This document shows, one piece after another, positions 43,401-57,058 of a stretch of 64,000 nt of DNA. The position numbers and the translations under genes are program-made. The notes below the pieces were generated by a model. The model saw only the letters and a program-made list of their open reading frames with translations, was not told the origin of the DNA and did not search any database. Origin of the DNA: Mobula hypostoma. Its lineage: Eukaryota. The stretch is taken from NCBI RefSeq assembly GCF_963921235.1, contig NC_086097.1, forward strand, positions 28,956,001-29,020,000, read 5' to 3'. Each line of letters starts with the position of its first letter. The stretch's first letter is position 1.

Positions 43401-43949
43401 TTCTTTGTAGAAGTCGGTGTCTTGGACCTCCAGAAAGTGGTGATTGATAAGTTCGTGGCCTGAGGTAGAAGGAGATAGGTTATTAACTTAAAGCTTTCTG
43501 CATTTTCCCTCAAAGAGTTGAACTGCACGTGCATGTAACAAGAGCTGTATAACTCATCTCCTTCTACCTTAGGACACAAACTTATCAATCACCCCTGCTG
43601 TGGACCACTTCTACAAAGAAGGGATCCATATGCTCCATGACCGCTGGACTAAGTGTGTACATGTAGGAGGGGACTATGTTGAAAAATAAATGTGCTAGGT
43701 TTTCTAAAATTGACTCCTTCTACCTTAGACCATGAACCTATCAATCACCCCTCGTACTTAACACAACAAGGCAACAAGCTAACTGAAGGCTAGGAACAAC
43801 TGGTTAATGGCTGGTTTTATGGGTGAACAAAGGACTGCACATGCGAGCTGGGTTTAAATAGGCTGCAGGTGATGTGTGGAAACGAGTGGCAAGTGACTCC
43901 TGTTAGCTGAGTGGAGACTAGAAGGTACCTGGCTGTGCAGGCTGGACAG
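40487..43949 (-). mobile_element. Degenerate Gypsy chromovirus-like LTR retrotransposon, internally deleted
   Basis: LTR-like blocks about 40487-40795 and 43169-43949 share long similar stretches. PPT-like GGAAGGGGA next to the 3' LTR. gag start ATGGACCCAGCAGAG near 43150. RT remnants 41200-41800. Chromodomain-like VEGGPVSTVLRLMDS...VQYL at 40830-41010. Confidence 0.75.
43281..43754. mobile_element. Mariner-derived fold-back MITE
   Basis: TA TSD on both sides. About 75-bp TIRs (TGAGGGGTGATT...ATCACCCCTCG). Remnant FYKEGIHMLHDRWTKCVHVGGDYVEK* matches a mariner transposase C-terminus. Confidence 0.88.
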
Positions 43950-45201
43950 GTAAATCTCCTCTGCACCCTCTCTAAAGCTTTCACATCCTTCATATAATGA
44001 GCTGGCCAGAACTGAACACAATATTCCAAGTGTGGTCTAACCAGGGTTTTATAGATCTCCAATATTATCTTGCAGATCGTGAACTCGGTCCTAAGTTCTT
44101 TAGAAGCCATGAATGAGGCTTAAACCTCGTGGTTTAGAAAGAAAAGTAACCAACTCAGTCTAGTAAGAAAGACTAAGAATTTTGCTTCATTGACAACTTT
44201 ATACTGAAAACTAACTCAAACTAGACAGATAAGAAAATTCTTGTGATGCTAGCAGCGTGTGGGACAAATGCAAGAGATCTTACAGATGCTGGAAATCTTG
44301 AACAACACATAAAATGCTGAAGGAACTAAGCATATCGGGCACCATCTATGGAGGGGAATAAACAGTGAATATTTTGGGCTGAGATCTTAAATCAGGACTG
44401 GAAAGGAAGGTGGCAAAGCCAGTATAAGAAGGTTGGGGGTGGGATGGAGAATGAACTGATAGGTGATAGGTGAAACCAGGTGAAAGGGAAGATGGGTAGG
44501 TGAAGATGAAGTAAAAAGATGGAAGAGGATAGGTGGAATAGGTAAAGGGTTGAAGAAGAAGGAATCTGATAGGAGATGTCAGTGATTCATAGAAGAACGA
44601 AAAGAGAAGAGGAACCAGGGAGAGGTGAAGGACAGGTAAGGAGATGAGATAGAGTGAGAGGGCAACCAGAATGGAGAATAGTAAAAGAGAAGGAGAGAGG
44701 GGAGAGAAATTAGTTGAACTTGGAGAAATCAGTGTTTGTAGCAGCAGTACAGTGCAAAACATTAAAAAAAAGCTATAAATGACAAAAATAAGTAGTGCAA
44801 AAGACACATAACAAGGTAGCGTTTATTGTTTCATGGACCATTCAGAAATTTGATAGGAGGGGAAGAAGATGTTTCTAAAAATGTTGAGTTTGGGTCTTCA
44901 GGCTCCTGTACCTCCTCCCTGATGGTGGTAATGAGAAAAGGGCATGTCTTGGATGGTGAGGTTCCTTAGTGATGGATGCTGGCTTCCTGAGACACCACCT
45001 GGGATATTCCTTGGCCCAAAATATTGGAGATATCCTTAATAATGGATGCCAGCTCCTTTGCTAGCTATAAGTAGGACTTATCAGCACTTTATACCCTTTG
45101 AATCATGATATGGCAATAGGTTCAGGGACAGCTGTGTGAAAATTGTCCTGCTGTTACACGACCTAAGGTTTATTTTATTGAATAAACAAAAACTGATTGT
45201 A

Positions 45202-45768
45202 CACTCAGTGGCCACTTTATTAGCTACACCTGTACACCAGCTTATTACTGAAAATAACTATAATCAGCCAATCATCTGGCAGCGACTCAATGCATAAAAG
45301 CATGCAGACATGGTCAAGCGGTACAACTGTTGTTCAGACCAAACATCAGAATGGAGGAGAAATGTGATCTTGGACTGTGGAATGATTGTTGGTGCCAGAT
45401 AGGGTGATTTGAGTATCACAGAAACTGTTGATCTCCTGGAATTTTCACACACAACAATCTTAAGGCTTTAAAAAGAATTGTGCAAAAAAAAACATTCAGT
45501 GAGCAGCAGTTCTGTGGGTGAAATGCCTTGTTAGTGAGAGAGGTCTGAGGATAATGGCCAGACTGATTCAAGTTGAGAGGAAGGTGCCAGTAACTCAAAT
45601 AATCACCCTTTACCACAGTGGCGTGCAGACGGGCACCTCTGAATGCACGAAACATCGAAGCTTGAAGTGGATGGGCTACAGCAGCAGAAGAGCACAATCA
45701 AACCCTCAGTGGTCACTTTATTAGGTACAGGAGGTACAGGAGATGCCTAATGAAGTAGACACTGAGTA
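45202..45768. mobile_element. Non-autonomous Tc1-like element; related copy at about 36610-37950 split by a LINE
   Basis: TIR CACTCAGTGGCCACTTTATTAG preceded by TA; the interior reads like a decayed Tc1 HTH region. Confidence 0.7.
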
Positions 45769-46689
45769 TTTGCACAAAGGATAAAATTTACTGTTTACTA
45801 AATCTGATTAAAGAAGAATACAATGAAATGCCAAGAGTAACCAATATCTTTGACAAATAAATAATTAATCCCCAGCGTTAGTCCAATGAATGCTCTGTGG
45901 GGGCTTTGTTGTACTGAGAGGGCACTAAGACCCAGGAGAAGCAATGAGTCACAGCTTCTGTTACAGTACACTGCACAGAACAAGAGGCACCCCTACCAGT
46001 GAATAATTTAAGTGAAACCAATAAACTAAATAGACTGTAGAAATATAATACAGCTTCCTGCCACTGAGAGAACTCCTTGAACTTCGGCAAATCTACTGGT
46101 GTGGTAATTGGCACAGTGGGTAGAGTCGCTCCCTCACAGCTCCAGTGATGGGTTCGATCCTGACCTTGGGTACTGTCTTTGTGGACTTTACCAGTTCTTC
46201 CATTGGTGGTGCTGGGTCCCTCTGGTTTCCTCCTGTATCCCAGAACAGTGCGGGTGGTGGGGTAACTGGCCACTGTAAATTAAAGATAAGTACTTAAAGA
46301 TCAGCTTTGTTTAGGCCAGGATTAAATCAGCAGGTTGCTGGGTGGCACGGTTCAACGTGTATCTCTACATAAATAAAAATGAATAAATTTATCACATGTA
46401 CGTCGAAACATCAAAGCATATGGTGAAATGTGTCAGTGACCAACAGAGTGTGAGGATTGTGCTGGGGGCAGCCTACAGGTGTTGCCACAATTCTGGCGCT
46501 AACATAGCGTGCCCAGAACTTGCTAACTCAAACGCTAACTCTACATCTTTGGAATGTGGAAGGAAACCGGAGTACCCAGAGGGAAACCATGCGGTCACAG
46601 GGAGAACTCCTGACAGACGGTGGTGGGAATTGAACCCTGAGTGCTGGTGATATAAAGTATTGCACTAACTGCTATGCCACTGTCCCATC

Positions 46690-48360
46690 CTCTGTACTAC
46701 CTTGCCACCCTGGTGTTGGGAGGGTTTTACTCCGATGTGCTGGGCTGAATCCACTATCTTTTGTGGGATGTTCCACTCAAAGACGCTGGTATTCCCATAC
46801 CAGGCCATAATGCAGTCAGTCAGCACACTTTCCACCACACATCTATCGAAGTTTGCCAAGGTTTTCGATGGCATGCCAAACCTCCGCTGATTCCTGAGGA
46901 AGTGCTGGCACTGTCATACTTTCTTTGCGATAATACTTATACGATGGGTCCTGACATCTGCATTTTTGCTGTCCAGATGTTCCAGGATTGTCTGAAGAGC
47001 CAATGAGATAGCATCTGCTGTAGACCTGTTGCTTCAGAAGGCAAATTGGAGCGGATTGGAGCGAATCCAGTCAGACGGCTTCTGATATGCTTCAAGATCA
47101 GCCTCTCAAAACACTTGATCACTGTGGATGTAAGTGCCACTGGGCAATAGTCATTTGGACAGGCTACCACGCTCTTCTTGGGCAGTGGTACAATTCAAGC
47201 TTGCTTGAAGCAGTTGGGTACCACACACTGCCAGAGCGAGAGGTTGAGGATATCTGCCATTACACCAGCCAGCTGATTAGCACAGGTCTTCAGTACTCGG
47301 CCAGGTACTCCGTTTGGACCGGATGCTTTCCTTGGATCCACTCTCTCGAAAACAACCCGCACGTCATCTTCAGATACTGAGACCAAAGGATTATATGGAG
47401 ACATGGGGGTGCACGATGGTTCCTCCCTGTTCTCGTGGTCAAAGTGAGCACAGAAGGCATTGAGCTCATCTGGAAGTGAAGCTCTGCTGTCCCCTACGTT
47501 GCAAAATTTAGCTTTGTAGGAGCTTTCGGCATTCAAACCCTGCCACAGCTGTCGAGCATCCCTGGTTGATTCCAGTCTGGTCTGGAATCTCCACTTCACC
47601 TGAGAGATGGCGTTCCAGAGACCATACCTCCACCTCTTGTAGCATTCTTGCTCTCCAGACTCAAATGCCTCTGATCTGCCTCTCAGCAGATTCTGGATTT
47701 CATTGTTCATCCAGGGCTTTTGATTGGGGAAAACTCTGAACAAATTCATCCACAGCTGTTTTAGTAAAGTCTGTAACAACCCTGGTGTAGTCAGTCAGGT
47801 CCTCAGATGAGCTCTTGAACAGGCAAAGTCCACAGACTCAAGGCAATCCTGTAACCATTTCTCAGCCTCCTGCGACTGCCTCTTAGTTGTCTCGATCTCG
47901 AGAGCCTTGCTCTTCAGCAAGGTATGCAGGTATTGGGAGTACAGCGAAATGATCTGATTTGCTAAAATGCGGTCTTGGGAAGGAACAATAGGCATTCCTT
48001 ATCGTAGTGTAGCTGTTGTCCAGTGCAACAGGTTACGTGCTGGTGATAACTGGGCAGGGTTTTCTTCAAATAGGCCTGATTAAAGTCGCCAGCTATAATA
48101 CAGTCACCACCTCAAGCTACCTGCCGGCCTCGTCTTCATATGGGAGCCCAAGCACGGGAGGATGAACCCTGGGCTCCCTCCCAAGACTATGGTCAACACG
48201 CTCCTAGAAGACAGCGGCGCGGCTAATGTAGATGAACTGAACACACTGATGAGGCAGAGGGAGAAGTGGAGAGTCCGTCATCGTGCCCGACGCCGGCCCC
48301 CTAGGCCTGAGTGAACATAGTAGTAGTAGTAGCAGCTATAATTTGAAATGCATTAGGATT
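46690..48360 (-). mobile_element. Rex1/Babar-like LINE RT fragment
   Basis: FPNQKPWMNNEIQNLL...KASGPNGVPGRVLKTCANQLAGV...NDYCPVALTS; ESVLTDCIMAWYGN. Confidence 0.8.
48100..48332 (+). mobile_element. RTE-like LINE 3' end
   Basis: IWEPKHGRMNPGLPPKTMVNTLLEDSG...MRQREKWR; (TAG)n tail; 10-bp TSD CAGCTATAAT (48090-48099, 48333-48342). Confidence 0.8.
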
Positions 48361-49409
48361 TATAATGTGCATGACAGTTTAGGTTACAGGGAAATGAGTG
48401 GTGAAATGGGGTTGCTTCTAGAGCCCAGATAAACTCAATAGGCCTTCTTCAATGTCCTCCCTGAGGTCCTGATTCAGGGTCTTGACTCAAAATATCAACT
48501 CACACTTTATCTTCACTGCTTGTCCCGCTGAGTTCTTCTAGCGTCCTGTTCATTGTTCCAGGTTCCAGCATCTGCAGTTGCTTTCAACAGGCATAGACAA
48601 AATAATGGAAGAATTCAGCAAATCCAGTAGCATCTATGGAGGAGAATAAATGGTGCCTTCAGTATTCAGATCAGGGATTCAATTGCTAATGTGTTATCAT
48701 CATTGGTGGACCATATAATCAGTGGTGGACCAACTCAACAAGATGAGGACGATCTGGGCTAACTGTACTGAGGCACTCTGCTACTGATGGACCGCGGGAA
48801 TACTAATTGAATTCACCGAGGACTATCATTTAGGAATGCTTTTTTCCAACAGAATATGCGTTCATGTGGTCCCTTTTAGATCTTGCAAACAATGTCTCCC
48901 CTTCTGCTCAGTACAGAGTACAGTGCAGTACAGGCCTTTGACCCAGAATGTTGTACCCACCCATTAACTTTCTCTAAGATCAATCTAACCCTTCTCTCCA
49001 CTTTTCTTTCATCCATGTGCTTCTCTAGGCGTCTATTAAGTGTTCCTTATGATCACATAATGTACGAGTCTGGGTGCCCTTGCAGGCAGGCAGTTTAATG
49101 AAGCACGTTCCAGTCAATTGGTGTTTCATTGTGGTTATTTAACTCCTTTTCTTTTGTTTCAGTCTTGTTGAATCTTGGCCAAAGCACAACAACGGCTGCA
49201 CTCCCTGCTTACTTTGATCCATGTTCTAGGAAAGAAGACTACATCTAGGATTGTTGCAGTAAAGGAGTGGGATTAATTTAGTATTCAGTTACTGTTTCCA
49301 AGCTGCAGTTTCAGTGTTGGCTTTAGTTTGAGTTAATGGCCCAGTTGGCCTATCATTTATTATTTTTCCTTTTGTTCTGCATATTTCTTAGTAAAGTTGC
49401 TCAATACTC

Positions 49410-50695
49410 TAACAATAGGCCATAGTCAGCATGGTTTCCTCAAGGGAAAATCTTGCCTGACAAATCTGTTGGAATTCTTTGGAGAAGTAACAAGCAGGCT
49501 AGACAAAGACGAATCAGTTGATGTTGTGTACCTAGATTTTCAGAAGGCTTTTGACAAGGTGCCACACATGAGGATGCTTAACAAGCTACAAGCCCATGGT
49601 ATTACAGGGAAGATTCTAGCATGCATAAAGCAGTGACTGATCGGCAGGAGGCAAAGAGTGGGAATACAGGGAGCCTTTTCTGGTTGGCTGCTGGTGTCTA
49701 GTGGTGTTCCACAGGGGTCTGTGTTGGGACTGATTTTTTTTATATATGCTGTATGTCAATGATTTGAATGATGGAATTGAGGGCTTTGTTGCAATGTTTG
49801 CAGACGATATGAAGATAGGTGGAGGGGCAGTTAGTTTTGAGAAGTAGAGAGGCTACAGAAGGACTTGGACAGATTAGGAGAATGGGCAAATAAATGGCTG
49901 ATGGACTACAGTGTATATCATGTGATTTGGTAGAAGAAATAAAAGGGCTGACTATTTTCTAAATGGACAGAAAATACAAAAAACTGAGGTGTAAAGGGAC
50001 TTGGGAGTCCTTGTGCAGGATTCCCTAAAGGTTAATTTGTAGACTGAGTTTGTGGTGAGTAAGGCAAATACAATGCTACATTCATTTCAAGGGGACAAGA
50101 ATATAAAAGCAGGGATGTAATATTGAAACTTTATAAAGCACTGGTGAGACACTTGAAGGTATTGTGGGTAGGTTTGGTCCCCTTATCTTAGAAGGGATGT
50201 GCTGACACTGGAGAGGGTTCAAAGGAGATTCACGAAAATAATTCCAAGATTGAATGGGTTGTCATATGAGGAGTGTTTGATGGCCCTGGGCCTGAACTCG
50301 CTGGAATTCAGAAGAATGAGGGGTGACCTCATTGAAACGTAGCGAATGGTGAAAGGGCTTGATACAGTGGATATGGAGAGGCTGATTCCTATGGTGGGAG
50401 AATCTAAGACCAGAGGACACAGCCTCAGAATAGAGGATCATCCTTTTAGAATGGAGATGAGGGGTAATTTCTTTAGCCAGAGAGTGGCGAATATGTGGAA
50501 TTTGTTACCACAGGCAGCTGTGGAGGCCAGGTCTTTATGTATATTTAAGGCAGAGGTTGATAGATTCCTGAATGGTCAGGGCATGAAAGGATACGGTAAG
50601 AAGGCTGGAGCTTGGGTCTGAGAGGAAAATTTGGTGGAGCAGACTTCATGGGGCAAATGGCCAAATTCTGTTCCAATATCTTGTAGTCTTATGGT
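49410..50695 (+). mobile_element. CR1 RT-to-3' fragment inserted in the Gypsy 5' LTR
   Basis: SQHGFLKGKSCLTNLLEFF...YLDFQKAFDKVPH. Confidence 0.88.
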
Positions 50696-52290
50696 ATTCA
50701 GTGTCCCTCCCTCTGGACTTGGGCCATCACAGCACATCCCTGTCAGTAAGACTTGACCACCAAAATGGACCCAGTGGAGAGAGAACTGCTGACCAAGGCC
50801 TGGACGTTTGTTGGTCAGGTAGGAGAGAAGTTAACGTCACTTGGAGGCTGTGTTGGCAGAGGTGACAACTACTTACAGAACAGTAAGTCCAGCCTAAGTC
50901 GAAGTTCATGGAGCAGAAGTTAAAGTCAGTGGAGACCTGGATGGCAGAAATGCCTCTCATAGTGTGACAATTACTTTCAGAGCAGCTAGCTCAGTCCACA
51001 CAGAAAGAGTGGATATCAGCACCCACAGCAACTCCACCCCAGACAGCCGGAATCAGGTGGCGGCCATTACAGGTCTCCCTGATGCACTGCAGGACAGTCC
51101 CACTCCCACTTCCTTCCCTTTAACAGTCTCACCTGCCTCAGCTACTAATGCCCATGACTGCGCCCAGGATAGAACCGAGTATTCCTCTACCAGGCAGATA
51201 CTCTGGAGACCCCAATGGCTGTAGGAAATGTATTACCCAGTGTGAGCGGACTTTCTGAGTCCAGCCAGGTCAGTTTGGTGATGATGCGTGCAACCTGGCT
51301 TACATGGTGAATCCCTTAGACAGACTCCCGACTCAGCCTGTTCAATGCTCTATGAGAACAAGGCTCCACTGCACCCCAGTCTTTCCAGCAATTTGCAGTC
51401 GAGTTCAAGAGAGTGTTTGATCTTCCAGTACAGGGTCAGGAGGCTGCCCACCGACTCCTGGACCTGCATCAAGAGAAAAGGGCAGCAAGGGACTAAACAG
51501 CAAAGTTCAGCACACTTACGGTTGAGACTGAGTGGGACGAGAGACCCCTCATCACTGCCTTCCAGCACGGGCTGAGCACAGGGGTCCAGCATGAGATCAC
51601 CGTGCACGACAAGCAGGACAACCCGGATGACCTGATAAATCTGGCCGTTACTAATGACAACTGGGCAACTGAGTGCCCCTGAGACGGAATGCCCTGAGCT
51701 TCCTACTCTTTAGATCCCTGCCTGTCTTCACCCTTCCCTTGTTACCCAGTGCACAGTCTGCAGAGAAGCCATGCAGGTGGGGTACATACATCTATCTCAG
51801 GGTGATCTCTGTAGCACCCAGGTTTCATGTCCCAAGTACCCAGTGAAAGAGAAAACCTGTCAGCAGGAGTTCTGACAGGTCAATTCTCCATGCCAGCATC
51901 TTCCCCTAATCATGTAATGCTCCCAACGTCCTTATCGTGGGGCTCCCAGACCCACGAGCTTCAGGCATTTATTGACTCTGGGGCAGCCGGGAACCTCATG
52001 GATAGCTCTCTGGCTCAAAGATGGAAAGTTCCAACTCAGCAATAGAGAGAGAACATCAATGCCAAGGCTCTGGATGGTCAGCCTCTGGGCACTGGCAAGA
52101 TCCACCTTTCCACACAACCCCTCCAACATGTGCTAGAAGGCAACCATGGCAACAGCTCTCGTTCCGTCTTGTTGATTCGCCTGAACTGCTGCTGGTATTT
52201 TGCCTTTCCTGGTTATCTCGACTCAACCCACTGATTGATTGGTTCTTAATGGCACTCCAAGAGTAGGGACTGGCATGCCTCTCTACCTGT

Positions 52291-53100
52291 GTGAGTCCAG
52301 CTCAAGTCCTTGTCAGTGTATCCCCTCCTGTACCATTTGCTAATGTGGACCTCTCTGGTGTTCCAGCTGAATATGCTGACCTTCTTGAGGTCTTTAGTGA
52401 GAAGAAGGCCACCTCCCTGCCTCCACACCACCCATACGACTGCAGCATTGACCTCTTACCCAGTACTAGTCCTCCTCGGGGCCATCTCTATTCCCTCTCT
52501 TGTCATGAAATGGTGGCCATGGAAGAATACATGAATGAGGTATTGGTCTTGGGAATTATCCATCCATCAACCTCACCAGCAGGAGCGGGCTTCTTTGTGA
52601 GCAAGAAAGATGAGAAGTTCTGTCCTTGCATTGATTATCGACCCCTCAACAACATCATGGTGAAGAACCACTCCCCTCCTTCCCTGCTTGCCTCAGCGTC
52701 TGAACATCTCCAAGGAGCAACCATGTTCTCCGAGGTAGACGAGTGCAATGGTTACAGCCTGATTCGCATCCGAGAAGGGGACGGGTGGAAGACAGTATTC
52801 AGCACTTCCATTGGCCGTTATAGGTACCTTGTGATGCCATTTGGTCTGGCAAACGCCCCAGCTGTTTTTCAGGCCCTGTTCAACAATGTGTTCCAGGACA
52901 TGTTGAATCAGTTTGTTTTTGTGTATTTGGACAATGTTCTTATCTATTCCTGTTCTCACCAGGAACACATTCAGCATGTCCAGAGGATTCTCAAATGGTC
53001 CCTTGAGAACAACCTTTATGCCAAGCCAGAGAAGTGGGCTATCTCCTCAACCCATGTAAAGGTCAGGCACTCACAGAGTGGCCCAAACTTTCCACAGTGA
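52291..53100 (+). pseudogene. Gypsy reverse transcriptase remnant (YLDD changed to YLDN)
   Basis: 269-aa ORF with Gypsy RT motifs, flanked by frameshifts and stops. Confidence 0.85.
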
Positions 53101-53426
53101 AACAAGTGAGGCAACTCACAGGGTGTGCAAACCTCTCTCGCCGCTTCATCATAAACTTCAGTTCCATTACGGCCCCCAGAAGTGCACTCACCAAGAAGAC
53201 CTTTGCAGGATTCCTTTGGACAAGTGAAGTATCCTCACAACTAAATCGATGCTTCACCACTGCCCGGAGCTGCAACATCCAGACCCATCCTGTTCATTTG
53301 TCATTGAGATTGATACATAAATGTCAACGTTGGGCCCGTCCCCCCCCAGCGCTCTTCCGTGGATAATCGGCTGCATCCCTGAGCTTTTTTTTCCCTAGTT
53401 GCTTGACTCCTGCCATGTGTACTATC

Positions 53427-53808
53427 AGATTAGATTAGATTATGAGGACACGCAGTCCTCTTTTATTGTCATTTAGTAATGCATGCATTAAGAAATGATA
53501 CAATATTCCTCCAGTGTGATATCATAGAAACACAGGACAGACTAAGACTGAAAGACTAACAAAAACCACATAATTATAACATGTAGTTACGACAGTGCAA
53601 CAATGTCATAACTTGATGAAGAACAGGCCATGGGCACAGTAAAAAAAAGTTCAAAGTCTCTTGAAAGTCCCACATCTCACGCAGATGGGATAAGGAAGAA
53701 AACTCTCCCTGCCATGCCCAACCACAGTCCAACTCTGAGTCGTCCGAAAGCTTCGAGCTCCGGTCAGCCTTCCCACACCAAGTACCGAGCACCATCTCTG
53801 CCGAACTA
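53427..53808 (-). mobile_element. Truncated third copy of the (TAATC)n-tailed retroposon, inside Gypsy pol
   Basis: Starts AGATTAGATTAGATTATG and is highly similar to the reverse complement of 29810-30175. Confidence 0.75.
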
Positions 53809-54719
53809 TGCTTTAAACTGAGAATTTCTGGCTGTCAAGGAAGCCCTGGAGGCATGGCAACACGTGCTGGAGGGGGCAGAGCACCCCATTCTGGTTTGGA
53901 CAGATCACAAGAGCCTCTCCTACATTCATGGTACCACTCCACTCCACTCCTGTCAAGCTTGTCGGGCTCTGTCTTCACCTAGTTTACTTTCACCCTAACC
54001 TCCCGTTCGGGCTGCAAGAATACGAAGGCCGGTGATCTCTCCCACAGGTTTCAGATCACTGAGGATGCCAGTCCAGAGACCATCCTTCCTCACTCATGCA
54101 TTGCTGCTCCGGTGACTCGGGGAATAGAGGCAGAGGTGAGGGCTGCCCGACACTCAGATCCAGGCCCAGGTGGGGACTTTCTAACCCGCTGTTTGTCCCT
54201 GCCATTGTGCTCCCCAGAGTGCTGGAGTGGGGTCACTCTTCCCATCTGGCTGGCCATCTGTAGATTCAATGGACCCTGAAGTTTATAAAGAGATGACTTT
54301 GGTGGTTGTCTATATCTATATCCCAGAATGTCCACGAGTTTGCCTCTGCCTGTCCCACTTGTGCGCACAAGATATCATGTCAATGTCCTGCCGGTCTGCT
54401 CTGCCTGCTGCCTGTGTCTCGCCCCCACTGGTCCCATCTCTCGGTGGATTTCATAACGAGCTTGGTGGAAACACCACCATCCTGGTGGTTATGGACTGGT
54501 TTTCCAAAGCTGCTCGCTTCATTGCTCTCCCCAGGATCCCGTTGACTTGTGAAACTGCTCCCCTCATGGTTTAGCACGTGAGCAGGCTGCACGGCTTCCC
54601 TCAGGGCATGGTGTCTGACTGCGGACCACGGCACATGCCCTATTTCTGGAAGACTTTCTGTTCTCTTTCGGGAGCCACAGCCAGCCTCTCGTCTGGTTTT
54701 CACTCCCGATCAGGAGCCG

Positions 54720-55395
54720 GAGACAAATTTCAAAGTAAAACTTATTATTAAAGTACATACATGTCACCACATACAACCCTGAGATTCATTTTCCTGAGGG
54801 AATACTCAGCAAATCTATAGAACAGTCACAGTAAATGGGATGAATGAACAAGAAGCTGCAAATGTAAATATAAATAAATAGCAATAAATAACGAGAGCAT
54901 GAAATAACAAGATAAAGAGTCTTTAAAGTGAGATTATTGGTTGTATGAACACCGGAAATAGAATGTGTGTAGTTATCCTCTTTAGTTCAAGAGTCTGATA
55001 TTTGAGGTGTAGTAACTATTCTTGAACCTGGTGGTGTGAATCCTGGGGCACTTGTACCTTCTGCTGGATGGCAGCAGAGAGAAAAGAGCATGGCCTGGGT
55101 GGTAAGGATTTTTGATGGATGCTGCTCTTCGATGGAAATGTTTTATGTAGATGTGTTTAGTGGTTGGGAGGGCTTTACCTGTGATGTACTGGGCCAAATC
55201 TACTACCTTTTGTAGGATTTTCCACTCAAAAGCATTGGCGTTCCCATACTAGGGTGTAATGCAGCCAGTCAATACACTTTCCACCATCCATCTATAGAAG
55301 TTTGTCAAAGTTTTTGAAGATATGCCGAATTTCAGAAGACCCCTGAGGAAGTAGAGGCTTTCTTGGCTACTATATTTATATAATGTGTCCAGAAC
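54720..55395 (-). mobile_element. Rex1/Babar-like 3' fragment; related pieces near 17270-17870, 28690-28910, 31810-32310, 36730-37490, 39020-39350 and 57960-58490
   Basis: HPGHALFSLLPSSRRY...TTRFKNSYY; ESVLTGCIT. Confidence 0.75.
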
Positions 55396-55586
55396 AGGTT
55401 CTCTGAGATTGTGACACCCAGGAGCTCCCAATGGGTTCCAGCAAAGATTGCCCACAATAACTGCCAGTAATTCTCCACTGTCATATATCAAAGTATATTT
55501 ATTACCAAAGAATATATAAGTTAAACTGCCTTGATATTTGTTTATTACAGGCAGCCACAAAGCAAGGAGCCCAATTTTAAAAAAAA

Positions 55587-55851
55587 CACAAACACGAGGA
55601 ATTCTGCAGATGCTGGAATTTCAAGCAACACACATAAAAGTTGCTGGTGAATGCAGCAGGCCAGGCAGCATCTCTAGGAAGAGGTACAGTCGACGTTTCG
55701 CATCTCTAGGTAAAGGTACAGTCGACGTTTCAGGCCGAGACCCTTCGTCAGGACATCTGACGAAGGGTTTCGTCCCGAAACGTCGTCTGTACCTCTTCCT
55801 ATAGATGCTGCCTGGCCTGCTGCATTCACCAGCAACTTTTATGTGTGTTGT
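55587..55851. mobile_element. Palindromic Penelope-derived end fragment
   Basis: Same family as 2616-2808 and 7865-8835. Inverted arms with an internal short duplication. Confidence 0.75.
55720..55787. ncRNA. Back-to-back hammerhead motifs (minus 55720-55754, plus about 55757-55787)
   Basis: Minus: GTCCTGACGAAGGGTCTCGGCCTGAAACGTCGAC. Plus: CTGACGAAGGGTTTCGTCCCGAAACGTC. Confidence 0.7.
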
Positions 55852-57058
55852 TTTTAAAAAAGAAACATCTAGACCAACCCCCAATGTGCAGAGAAAGAGA
55901 AAAAAAAAACAAATCATGTAAACAATAGAAGCAAGCAACAACAGCAGCATTTTGAACCAAATTGTGACCCCAGGTCCAAATCCCCAGAGCAGCTCTGAAT
56001 AGCCCCAAAGCTTCGGTGTTCAGTTCATCATATTAGGTGGACAAATCACCATGAAGTTTTCAGAGATGAAGCACAGAAGCTGGGGGCAGTGTCGCGGAGA
56101 GAGGAGCCCCCAGTCTATCTGGGTCAGTGTTTAAATCGCCCAAATAGTGGATCGTACCTTGCATTAGGACCCAGGCTCTGCCGCGATGAATCTCTCTGGG
56201 CCGAGATCGCACTGCTGAAGGACTTCTCCAAGTCGGCTTGGCACCCAGAGTGATCCAACCTCCCCCGACTCTCGACATCCTGCATTTTCCCCCTCTGATC
56301 CCAGAAGGCATTCCAGCCACCATTCTTCCCTGACCAAGATATTGACAAGGGAGATCTTGCTCCAGAGCATTTGGTCCAGTGCTACAACCACACATGGAGA
56401 CGGGCCAGGGCTTCTCTGGTATGCACTCAGAAACGCTATATGCCTGGCAGGTTGATTGGCTCCACTGACAGGTGAAGCCTCCTGAGCCGGGGGTGGGGGG
56501 AGAGAAATGTCAACTGGTATCCAGAGATCTTCCTTTGAAAGTTGAAAGCCGTAAGTTACCCCCACGGTTTGTGGGGACCATTCCTGGTGGAGACTATCAA
56601 CAGTCTCATGTGCACCTTTCATCATCAATGAAGATCCATCCAGTGTTCCATGTTTCCTACCTCAAGCAGATGACTACCTCCTGCCTTGCTCCAGTCACCC
56701 CCCCCCACGTGGGGGATGGGTCCCTGGTCTACACTGTGTGGCACTTGCTGACATCTCCTCAGGTGTGGGACAGAGTCCAGTATCTTGTGCGTTGGGTGGC
56801 CCTGAGGAATATTCTTGGGTTCTGGCTTATGATATCCTGGACAAGTCTTTCATCCTGGACTTCCAGAGGATTCAGGGAGGGTATATAGTAGCACCTTGGG
56901 AGGGTTACAATCATGGACTCTGCCACAGGGTCTGGGCACCCTTGCGAGCAGACAGCTGAACAGGATCAACAATCATGCTCATGAGTTTGCATGTTCCAGA
57001 CAATTAGTATTTCACTGTGGTTCTATTTAATTCCCCTCCTTTTGATTCAATCTTGTTG

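Noticed and set aside
52291..53100. Domesticated Gypsy gene (RTL/PEG10-like)
   Set aside because: Catalytic YLDD is altered, gag, protease and integrase are broken by stops and insertions, and LTR remnants persist.
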